The position numbers and the translations under genes were made by a program. A stretch of DNA of 18,143 nt, taken from IMG/VR virus record IMGVR_UViG_3300045988_098312, positions 1 through 18,143 of that record; one strand, written 5' to 3'. This DNA is from a virus. Below the pieces are notes generated by a model. That model saw nothing but the letters and a program-made list of their open reading frames with translations. It had not been told where the DNA came from and made no database searches. This document shows positions 5,716-13,269 of the stretch, piece after piece; the first letter of the stretch is position 1; each line of letters starts with the position of its first letter.

Positions 5716-7065
5716 ATGTCAAAAACAACAGGAGAAGATGTGACTAAAACGTTACAAAATGATTTAGGTATGGACCATAAACCAACAGGTCAAGAAGTTG
5801 CGAGTGCAATGTATGCAATGAGTTCAAGTAACTTTAGGAGTACAATCGGAGACCCAAACGAAACAAGTTCTTTAGAGTTTATGAACGGTTTATTAGAATA
5901 TCCGGATACTTTAGGTGTTGAGTTTATGAATTTGGCTACACGTATTGGTAAAGTGATTGCACACCGCAATATTCTAACGAACAAACTAGCACCATTTAAA
6001 ATGGAAAACATGCCTTTAGGCTATACTATGGAAGAATACTTTGTTGAGTGCGCTAAAGAGCACGAATACAATCAAGCGGACGCGGAAAACACTCTTTTTA
6101 TGAGAAGTTTACCCGATATTAAAACAGCTTTCTACGTAGTAAACAGAAAGTCATACTACCCAGCAACTATTACGGATGATGATTTACGTAAGTATTTTGT
6201 TACTTGGGATGGTGTAAATAGTTTGATTGCTCGTATTGTTGACTCTATGTATAATGGTGATAACAAAGACGATTATAATTATATGAAATCCGCTTTAGTT
6301 ACTCACTACGAAAACGGACACATGAAAATTGTAAATACGAATGCTGTAACAGATACGGAAACAGCTAAAGAATTAGCCCGTAAAATTACAGAATACGTAT
6401 CATATTTAACTGAACCAACAAATGAATATAATGCTATGGCAGTTACTAAACAAAATGAATATGATGATATCTATGTTATCTTGAACGGTAAAACAAATAG
6501 TTATTTAAACATTGATTGGTTGGCTCAAACATTCCAGCTAGAGTTTGCTCAATTCAAAACTCATGTATTAGTATTACCAACTTTACCAAGTACAGCACAA
6601 GGAACTATCGAGGCTATAGTGTGCGACTCAGAAATTTATAGAGTATTTGACCAAAAGTACAGCGTAGGTGTGGCTTACAATGCTAAAGGTTTATATTGGA
6701 ATTATTTCTTGCACCACTGGGAAGGAATTGCGACAAGTCGATTCGCAAACGCGATTGCTTTTGTATCCGGTAATGTTGAGGAAAAAGTTACAGCGATCTA
6801 TTCTAACCCACAAGTTGTAGAAGTTCGTAAAGGTGCGACTATTACCGTACCGTTTACAGTACAAACAAGTGGTTTAAATGCTAAGTATAGTTTAACAGCT
6901 ACATCTAGTGTTGAGGATAAAGTTAAAGCGACAATCGAAAGTGATTTGAAACACGTTAAGATTGAAGGTTTAGAGGCTATTGACGCGGAAGGATTAGCAA
7001 CTGTAACAATCAAAGATACAATTTCTAATGTGACATGCGATATTAAGGTTGTATATAACGTATAG
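5716..7065 (+). CDS. Major capsid protein with a C-terminal Ig-like (BIG2-type) domain, phi29 gp8-like
   Basis: SD AAAGAGGTGA. At 449 aa it is close to phi29 gp8 in size. The C-terminal 90 aa or so (..VEVRKGATITVPFTVQTSG..ATVTIKDTISNVTCDIKVVY) has a bacterial Ig-like pattern. It follows the scaffold gene and is followed by a hairpin and a terminator. Confidence 0.85.
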   Translation: MSKTTGEDVTKTLQNDLGMDHKPTGQEVASAMYAMSSSNFRSTIGDPNETSSLEFMNGLLEYPDTLGVEFMNLATRIGKVIAHRNILTNKLAPFKMENMPLGYTMEEYFVECAKEHEYNQADAENTLFMRSLPDIKTAFYVVNRKSYYPATITDDDLRKYFVTWDGVNSLIARIVDSMYNGDNKDDYNYMKSALVTHYENGHMKIVNTNAVTDTETAKELARKITEYVSYLTEPTNEYNAMAVTKQNEYDDIYVILNGKTNSYLNIDWLAQTFQLEFAQFKTHVLVLPTLPSTAQGTIEAIVCDSEIYRVFDQKYSVGVAYNAKGLYWNYFLHHWEGIATSRFANAIAFVSGNVEEKVTAIYSNPQVVEVRKGATITVPFTVQTSGLNAKYSLTATSSVEDKVKATIESDLKHVKIEGLEAIDAEGLATVTIKDTISNVTCDIKVVYNV

Positions 7066-7077
7066 TTATGTTATAAT
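7048..7077 (+). promoter_or_regulatory. Possible promoter overlapping the capsid stop codon
   Basis: TTGTAT (7048-7053), the same -35 hexamer as the ITR promoter, then an 18-nt spacer and TG-extended -10 TGtTATAAT (7069-7077). Chance occurrence in AT-rich DNA cannot be excluded. Confidence 0.35.
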
Positions 7078-7081
7078 ACTA

Positions 7082-7104
7082 GTGTCATGAGTAGGACATG
7101 ACAC
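7082..7104 (+). other. Perfect 8-bp hairpin followed by a single-stranded CCCUCCUU motif
   Basis: GTGTCATG (7082-7089) pairs with CATGACAC (7097-7104) around a 7-nt loop. No U-tract follows. Instead CCCTCCTT (7105-7112) follows, which is complementary to the SD core AAGGAGGG. Confidence 0.6.
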
Positions 7105-7134
7105 CCCTCCTTTCTATAGTCAAGTGAGTATGGG

Positions 7135-7175
7135 AAAAGAAACATATTAATTTATGTTTCTTTTTCTTTTTCTTT
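7135..7175 (+). terminator. Intrinsic terminator after the capsid gene
   Basis: AAAAGAAACAT (7135-7145) pairs with ATGTTTCTTTT (7154-7164) around an 8-nt loop, followed by a T-rich tail. Confidence 0.65.
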
Positions 7176-7178
7176 ATA

Positions 7179-7207
7179 TTGAAAAATAATGTTTAGTTTG
7201 TTAAATT
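7179..7207 (+). promoter_or_regulatory. Possible re-initiation promoter for the holin and appendage genes
   Basis: TTGAAA (7179-7184), 17-nt spacer, TG-extended TGtTAAATT (7199-7207). Confidence 0.4.
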
Positions 7208-7230
7208 AAATTTAGAAAGAGGTGATTAAA

Positions 7231-7575
7231 ATGAAGATTATTTTAATTTCGTTGGTTTTTAACGGTTTGGATCTTGTTACTGGAATTGTAGGCGCACTTA
7301 AAAATGGTGAGCAAATTAAATCTAGTAAATTAAGAGATGGACTATTTAAAAAAGTAGGTTTTGTTTTTTGTTATGCGTTAGGTGAGGCAATTAACTATGC
7401 TAAATTATATTTACCAATTCCGTTTGGCGATAAATTACTACCTATTATATGTGTTTATACAATTACAACAGAAGTTGTTAGTATTTGTGAAAACATCACA
7501 AAAATTAATCCGGACATCTTACCGGATAAATTAAAACAATTAATTGGATATAAAGGAGTTGATTTAGATGAATAA
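7231..7575 (+). CDS. Holin (phi LC3 / Phage_holin_4_1-type)
   Basis: ATG 7231 follows GAAAGAGGTGA, and the GTG 7222 of the ORF track lies inside that SD. The N-terminal signature is ..NGLDLVTGIVGALKNGEQIKSSKLRDGLFKKVG.. There are about three hydrophobic segments and a charged C-terminus. Confidence 0.8.
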   Translation: MKIILISLVFNGLDLVTGIVGALKNGEQIKSSKLRDGLFKKVGFVFCYALGEAINYAKLYLPIPFGDKLLPIICVYTITTEVVSICENITKINPDILPDKLKQLIGYKGVDLDE

Positions 7576-9430
7576 TGAAAAAGAAAAAGATGCAATTGAT
7601 ACATCTAAAATTGATAAAATACTTCCTGAGTATGATCCGTTAAAGTTAAATGGTATTAACCTAGCTCAAAATTACGTTAGCGCGTTTAATACTGGTATGA
7701 ATATTTATCAATGTGTCAATCAATTACAAGGCTATATTGAATGGGTTATTAAAGCTGTAAATGATGTTGTTAAATCATGGAATATACAAGTTGGTGAATC
7801 TATTGAACAATCAAAAGCTATTGTAAAAGAAACTACAACAGAACAATTTAATAAAGAATGGACAAATAAACAGCCAGAAATAATTGAACAATCAAAAGAA
7901 ACTACAACAGAACAATTTAATATAGAATGGACAAATAAACAGCCAGAATTAATTGAACAAGTAAATAGATTAACAACAAATCAATTTAATATTGAAAAGT
8001 CTGTATTTAATGATGAATTAAGTGCACTTGATGTACGTATGAATAATTTTGATTTAGAATTGAATACATTAAATAATTATATTACACCAGAAATGTATGG
8101 TGCTAAAGGTGATGGTGTAACGGATGATACAAACGCAATTCAACAATGTATTGATAATGCAATAGAAACTAAAAAAGATATATTTTTACAAAATAAAATA
8201 TATCTAACAACTCAGCCTTTACAAATTCAAGAAAAATTTACTATGCGTGGGATTAGTTACACTGATGAATATTATGGTCAAGCTTGCATTAAAAACAACT
8301 TAACAAATATATTTGCACCCAAAACATCAGCATTAGATGCTGGAATAAAGTTTTTAAATATCAGATTTATAGGCAATCAAAATTTTATTGCGAATGCAAA
8401 TTTTAATTGGAGTCAAATTAGGCATTGTGGTTTTGTTGGCTTTTCTAAAGTATTTGAAAGTACTACTTTTTTAGGTTGTTGGTTAACAGATCTATTTATT
8501 AATAATATTAAAACAATTGGTACGTTAAGCGGTTCAGACAATAATTTTAATAATTGGTTTATTAATGGACATAGCGCAAATCAAGGTAATAATGAACCAT
8601 TAATAACTGTATATGGATGCTCATTATCTAGATTTACTAACATTTATTGTACTGGCGTTGAGGTTGGTGAACAAAATACATATGGTTCTAATATAGTATT
8701 ATTCATTGATGGTTATACCGAAAATTTAGTATTTGATCATTGCTGGTTTGATTATGCGAATGATGTATTGATAAAAATTAAAGGGCGTGATAATGATGTA
8801 CCAAAAAGTATTGTTAATAATATTACATTTAATCAATGTTGTATTCGCGGTGGATGTTTAAAAGTAAGAAGTTCATATATTGATGCTGATTTGTGTAGTG
8901 GTATAACATTTAATCAATGTTTTTTCGATAAACATCATATTGATGTTCCTAGTGTTGAAGGTTATACAATATTTAACATTGGAAGTACATTAGTACGAGG
9001 TTTTTTCAACAATAATAACACATACATGATACCAAGAACTGTAAGTGGTGATAAAGAAAGAATTTCAGAGTTATTTCTAGCAACGAACAGTAACAACCCA
9101 AAAGCAATAAATAGCGGTATTGGAATTTCAGGATCTATCGAAAATAATATTTATTTACAAAATGCTAAAATAGAATACAGAAAAGAAAAAGTAACAACTG
9201 ATAGTCAATATGGTTCATTTACTATTTATTCTAGTTCTAATGCTAAAGAAAGTGTTATAATTGCTATACCAGTAGTCAACAATGCTGTTTGTTGTGTAAA
9301 CGAGGTTACAGACAATTCAACTCAATTTATACTACGCAACGTGCAAACCGGTGATGCAATTATTTCAAAAGAAATGTATGTAATGTTATTTATTATTTAT
9401 TTTGAAGATAATAACTGGGGAACATTATAA
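7568..9430 (+). CDS. Tail appendage / tailspike with a pectate-lyase-type beta-helix (phi29 gp12 analogue)
   Basis: SD AAGGAG. The motif ITPEMYGAKGDGVTDDTNAIQQCID is typical of the N-terminal cap of right-handed beta-helix depolymerases. A long N/I/F/C-rich repetitive beta region follows. There are N-terminal tandem repeats. The start overlaps the end of the holin gene. Confidence 0.75.
   Translation: MNNEKEKDAIDTSKIDKILPEYDPLKLNGINLAQNYVSAFNTGMNIYQCVNQLQGYIEWVIKAVNDVVKSWNIQVGESIEQSKAIVKETTTEQFNKEWTNKQPEIIEQSKETTTEQFNIEWTNKQPELIEQVNRLTTNQFNIEKSVFNDELSALDVRMNNFDLELNTLNNYITPEMYGAKGDGVTDDTNAIQQCIDNAIETKKDIFLQNKIYLTTQPLQIQEKFTMRGISYTDEYYGQACIKNNLTNIFAPKTSALDAGIKFLNIRFIGNQNFIANANFNWSQIRHCGFVGFSKVFESTTFLGCWLTDLFINNIKTIGTLSGSDNNFNNWFINGHSANQGNNEPLITVYGCSLSRFTNIYCTGVEVGEQNTYGSNIVLFIDGYTENLVFDHCWFDYANDVLIKIKGRDNDVPKSIVNNITFNQCCIRGGCLKVRSSYIDADLCSGITFNQCFFDKHHIDVPSVEGYTIFNIGSTLVRGFFNNNNTYMIPRTVSGDKERISELFLATNSNNPKAINSGIGISGSIENNIYLQNAKIEYRKEKVTTDSQYGSFTIYSSSNAKESVIIAIPVVNNAVCCVNEVTDNSTQFILRNVQTGDAIISKEMYVMLFIIYFEDNNWGTL
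7802..7960 (+). repeat. In-frame tandem repeat in the appendage gene
   Basis: Unit 1 is 7802-7882 (81 nt). Unit 2 is 7883-7951 (69 nt) and is nearly identical apart from a 12-nt indel. A diverged third copy starts at 7952. Peptides are IEQSK(AIVK)ETTTEQFN(K/I)EWTNKQPE(I/L), then IEQVNRLTTNQFNIEKS. Confidence 0.9.
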
Positions 9431-9461
9431 TGTTAAACATATTTAATTAAATTTTTTATAT

Positions 9462-9496
9462 AAACACGGATATTAATTCCGTGTTTTAATTTTCTT
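9462..9496 (+). terminator. Intrinsic terminator after the appendage gene
   Basis: AAACACGGA (9462-9470) pairs with TCCGTGTTT (9478-9486) around a 7-nt loop, then TAATTTTCTT. Confidence 0.75.
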
Positions 9497-9547
9497 ATTT
9501 AACATTAATAAATATTATTATAGAATATAGAAAAAGGAGTGATAAAT

Positions 9548-9763
9548 ATGAATAGTAAAAAATGTGAACTATCTAGCATTTATAAAATGCAAAAACCGGA
9601 AGATATTCCGTATAGTTTACCGGAAGGATTATCCGTTTATTTTTACATTGAATTTTATATGCAATGTATGCACATTTTAAAAGATGTTGATTATGAACGA
9701 TATAACATATGTAAAGAAAAACTAAAAGAATTAACAATATTAGAAGAGGAATTGAATTTATGA
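9548..9763 (+). CDS. Hypothetical late protein (71 aa)
   Basis: ATG 9548 follows AAAAAGGAGTGA, and the GTG 9539 of the track lies within that SD. Its stop overlaps the next start (ATGA), implying translational coupling to the tail lysin. No motif recognised. Confidence 0.6.
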   Translation: MNSKKCELSSIYKMQKPEDIPYSLPEGLSVYFYIEFYMQCMHILKDVDYERYNICKEKLKELTILEEELNL

Positions 9764-10959
9764 AGGCTGGTCAAAAATTAGAAAAAGATGGTAAGCAAGT
9801 ATGTTTATATCCGCTTGAAACCATGTATATTACGCAATGGTCAAGTCCAACATCTGAATCACACTGTTGTGGACATCCGTTTGATAATGCCGTATCTGGT
9901 CAAGTAAGAGTTCCAGTATATGCACCGTTCGATTGTCATTTAATACATACTTATCCATCTGGAAATACTCGAGTCTATCAAAGTGATAATGTAGTATGGA
10001 CACCAAGCGGATTAAAAACAGTTGTAGTTAGTTTTACGCATGATCCAAACCCACCAACAGCAACACAATATAAACAAGGTGATTTAATTTATCACACTGG
10101 CACGGCTGGAATGGCAACTGGTGATCATGTACATATAGATCAATCGTTTACAGTTGATGCTGGATTAGTTAGTTATGGTGTAGTGTGTAGCTATGGTAAT
10201 GAATGTTATGCGTTAAGTGGTTCAGAATTACCAACAAATGTATTTTATGTGAATGATACAAATATCGTAAATGCTTATGGTCAAGAGTTTAAAATATTTG
10301 ATGGTGGTGATGTTCCTACACCAGAACCAAGTTACAAATACATTAATCATTACGTTTTATTAGATGGTTTAGGTGTTGATTTTGGTTTTTATAAAACAAA
10401 GGAAGAAATTAAACCAGAACCAGCCCCAACCGGTGAATGGTTTATACCGGGTGATATTAACAATACAAGACCATTAACGGAAGAAGAATCTAAAAAGAAC
10501 TGGTTAGCTTTTTGGGCATTCTTTAAAGCTAAAGGATGGACGGCTAATGCTGTATCTGGTATATTAGGTAATTCATATTATGAATCAACTGTTAATCCTA
10601 ATCGTTGGGAAGGTGATATACCTTTTGCACAGCCAGTTGCATCGCGTGGCTATGGTTTGGTGCAATGGACTCCGTGGACTAAAATTATTGACTGGTTAAC
10701 AGAAAAAGGATATTATCCGGACGTGTCTAAATTTGGTGTAGGTGAATGTGAGCGAATTCAATGGGAAATGGAAAACAATCAACAATGGATTGCTACAGCT
10801 ACATATCCAGAATCATTCCGCGATTTTTCAACTTCAACAAAAGATCCATATACATTAGCAATTGAATTTTTAGCAAACTATGAAAGACCAGCCGACCCGA
10901 ACCAGCCACAACGTGGCACGAAAGCGCGCGAGATATATGACTACATAAAAGATAAATAA
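9760..10959 (+). CDS. Tail-associated peptidoglycan hydrolase: N-terminal M23/LAS-like metallopeptidase plus C-terminal phage tail lysozyme domain (phi29 gp13 analogue)
   Basis: The N-terminal half has ..HCCGHPFDNA.. and ..GTAGMATGDHVHIDQ.., a LytM-type H.H motif. A Pro-rich linker (PTPEPS...KPEPAPTGEW) follows. The C-terminal half has ..GWTANAVSGILGNSYYESTVNP...GYGLVQWT...FLANYERP.., typical of the phage tail lysozyme family. Confidence 0.8.
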   Translation: MKAGQKLEKDGKQVCLYPLETMYITQWSSPTSESHCCGHPFDNAVSGQVRVPVYAPFDCHLIHTYPSGNTRVYQSDNVVWTPSGLKTVVVSFTHDPNPPTATQYKQGDLIYHTGTAGMATGDHVHIDQSFTVDAGLVSYGVVCSYGNECYALSGSELPTNVFYVNDTNIVNAYGQEFKIFDGGDVPTPEPSYKYINHYVLLDGLGVDFGFYKTKEEIKPEPAPTGEWFIPGDINNTRPLTEEESKKNWLAFWAFFKAKGWTANAVSGILGNSYYESTVNPNRWEGDIPFAQPVASRGYGLVQWTPWTKIIDWLTEKGYYPDVSKFGVGECERIQWEMENNQQWIATATYPESFRDFSTSTKDPYTLAIEFLANYERPADPNQPQRGTKAREIYDYIKDK

Positions 10960-10960
10960 A

Positions 10961-10986
10961 ATAGTTGAATATTCAACTATTTTTTA
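10961..10986 (+). terminator. Intrinsic terminator after the tail lysin gene
   Basis: ATAGTTGA (10961-10968) pairs with TCAACTAT (10973-10980), followed by TTTTT. Confidence 0.7.
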
Positions 10987-10993
10987 CTAATAT
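10965..10993 (+). promoter_or_regulatory. Promoter embedded in the terminator hairpin, upstream of the tail knob gene
   Basis: TTGAAT (10965-10970, inside the stem), 17-nt spacer, TAATAT (10988-10993). Confidence 0.5.
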
Positions 10994-11020
10994 AAAAATA
11001 TAAAGAAGGAGTTGATTAAA

Positions 11021-13207
11021 ATGAGTATAGGAGTTGTTAACAGTCAATTTACACCACAAAGTAAAATTTATTTATTGAAAGGTTTAGAAATTGACGCAAT
11101 GAATAACACATTTTGGGGTGCATTCGATACACCCGAAAAACAATTTAATTTTTTCATTAATAACTACGATCACATCGTTTTTGAAAATTATACATATCAA
11201 AGAAAAGATGGTACGGTAGTAGTACCGGGTGTTTATGATGATCTACGTTTATACAATTATTTGATTTATCAAAATGGAAATACCGGTAATAAGTCGAAAT
11301 GGATTTATTGTTTTATCACAAGTTTAGGATATCTAAACGACAATGCCACTAGTATTAGTTTTGAAACAGATGTTATTCAAACATGGCGTTTTGAAATTGA
11401 AAGTAACTTTATGGAGTCGTACATCGCATATGAACATAGACCACAATATTATGATACCGGTGATGGTGTACAACGACCTTGTATTAATACACAACCGGAG
11501 AATTTAGAGATTGGAACGGATTTAATTAGTGACAAACAATATCTAATAGACGCAAACGGGATAACTAGTTTCGCTGTAATTGGTATGACTTGTGATATGT
11601 CCGGAACAGACAGCTACACAAACGCACAATTAGGAACACCATCTCAAATTAACTATTATGTTTTTCCTTTCAGTCGATATACGGGAACTGATATAACATC
11701 TTTAAAAATTGGTAGTGTAAGCGGTCAAACTGTGACAATCAGCGGACTTTCAAAAGTATTAGACGCCATTAGAAAAAATGAGAAATTAGTAGGTAAATGT
11801 GTATCTATTGTTGTTACGAATTCTATACCCGGTTTAGTTGTTGAGAATGGTCAAGTTGTCATTAAACGAGATTGCTTTAGTGGTGAACAACAAGGCGATT
11901 ATCAGATATTAACGTATAAAGCTAAAACGATGAATGACATGCTTTCAAATGATTTAAACGCATATGCAAAAACACGTGTATATAATATACCAGCGTTTAT
12001 TGGATTTACTCAATTCACAAAATTATACACGTATCCTTACAGCTATATGCTTATTAGTGATAATAACGGAGCAACAAAAGCTTTTAAAAATGAATTATGG
12101 AAAGACATGAAAAACGCACAGTTTATATATGTCGGCTCACCAAACAGCTCAAAAATAAATATTGTACCATTAAATTATAAAGTAACAAAATCAGATGAAA
12201 ATTATTCAGATTTAATTAATCTAGATAACTCTTTTGAATCGCAATATGAGACAAGTTTACCTATTATTAGTGACACAACCGCATTAATGTTACAATCCTC
12301 ACGTAACTCTATGAACGTAGGATTATCCAATATTAGGAGATCAAACGAAACAAATTCAGCTATAGCAAGCGCAACCGGTAATGCGTTAAGCGCACAAACT
12401 AATTTACAAAATAACTTAAATTTAAGTGTTACCGCACGTAACGCAAATTTAGCAAGTAATTTAAACGATTTACATAACAAGTCGAACATGATAAATGCTA
12501 GTATAAGCGCAATAGGCGGTTTAAGCGGTGGTATTGCCAGCGCACTAACCGGTAATATTGGCGGTGCGGTAGGTAGTTTAGTTGGTGCTGGCTTAGGTAT
12601 TGGACAAACAGCTATGCAAAACCAAATCAACACAAAACAAACCAATATGCAAAACGCAAACGCACTTGCAAATGCAAATGCACAAGCGAGTGCTAATAGT
12701 CAATCTACAGCCATAGGAAACCAATTGAGACAGTTAACAACACAATATCAAAATCAGACTAATATTCAGAATGCTATGGATAGTTACAATGCACGTATCC
12801 ACGACGCACAGGCAACGGCTGACAGTATTGTAACCGGTTCAAATGATTTAATGCGACAAATAGCACTAGATTTAAACACATTCGTATTATATGTTTATCG
12901 ACCTACAGACGAATACAAACAGAAACTAGAAAAAATATGGAACATGCGAGGTTACGCGACAAATGTTATTGACTATCCTAATTTACGATCTAAAATATCA
13001 TGGAACTATATTCAAACTGTAAAATGTAATATTAAAGGTACAAATATCGACCCAAGCGACTTAGAAAAAATTAAACGTGTATTTGATAATGGTATTACAC
13101 TATGGCACAATAAAAACGTTGGTGATTATTCACAAAATAATGGTGAAAGATATTCGTATACGCAATGTGACAAATACGGAAACTATAAAGAAAAGAAAGT
13201 ACATTAA
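11021..13207 (+). CDS. Tail knob (distal tail tube) protein, phi29 gp9-like
   Basis: ATG 11021 follows AAGAAGGAG, and the TTG 11012 of the track lies in the SD region. The N-terminal region ..YLIYQNGNTGNKSKWIYCFITSLGYLNDNATSISFETDVIQTWRFEIESNFMESYIAYEH closely parallels remembered phi29 gp9 (..FQNADYGNKWFYAFVT..FEIDVLQTWMFDI..REH). It contains a long N/Q/A/S/G low-complexity insert. Confidence 0.85.
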   Translation: MSIGVVNSQFTPQSKIYLLKGLEIDAMNNTFWGAFDTPEKQFNFFINNYDHIVFENYTYQRKDGTVVVPGVYDDLRLYNYLIYQNGNTGNKSKWIYCFITSLGYLNDNATSISFETDVIQTWRFEIESNFMESYIAYEHRPQYYDTGDGVQRPCINTQPENLEIGTDLISDKQYLIDANGITSFAVIGMTCDMSGTDSYTNAQLGTPSQINYYVFPFSRYTGTDITSLKIGSVSGQTVTISGLSKVLDAIRKNEKLVGKCVSIVVTNSIPGLVVENGQVVIKRDCFSGEQQGDYQILTYKAKTMNDMLSNDLNAYAKTRVYNIPAFIGFTQFTKLYTYPYSYMLISDNNGATKAFKNELWKDMKNAQFIYVGSPNSSKINIVPLNYKVTKSDENYSDLINLDNSFESQYETSLPIISDTTALMLQSSRNSMNVGLSNIRRSNETNSAIASATGNALSAQTNLQNNLNLSVTARNANLASNLNDLHNKSNMINASISAIGGLSGGIASALTGNIGGAVGSLVGAGLGIGQTAMQNQINTKQTNMQNANALANANAQASANSQSTAIGNQLRQLTTQYQNQTNIQNAMDSYNARIHDAQATADSIVTGSNDLMRQIALDLNTFVLYVYRPTDEYKQKLEKIWNMRGYATNVIDYPNLRSKISWNYIQTVKCNIKGTNIDPSDLEKIKRVFDNGITLWHNKNVGDYSQNNGERYSYTQCDKYGNYKEKKVH

Positions 13208-13210
13208 TAT

Positions 13211-13240
13211 AAAAGGTTGACGGTTCAACCTTTTTTATTT
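13211..13240 (+). terminator. Intrinsic terminator after the tail knob gene
   Basis: AAAAGGTTGA (13211-13220) pairs with TCAACCTTTT (13225-13234) around a 4-nt loop, and the T-run continues. Confidence 0.8.
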
Positions 13241-13269
13241 AACATATAATTAAAAGGAGATGATTAAAA

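Noticed and set aside
12202-12645. A 147-aa ORF on the minus strand inside the tail knob gene.
   Set aside because: It lies entirely antisense to the low-complexity N/Q/A/G-coding stretch of a well-supported gene. Its translation is itself low complexity, it has no SD, and it is a typical shadow ORF.
13245-13250. A perfect TATAAT upstream of the portal gene as a restart promoter.
   Set aside because: There is no -35 at 16-18 nt; the nearest TTGACG is 22 nt away. There is no TG extension. The predicted start would fall inside the portal SD.
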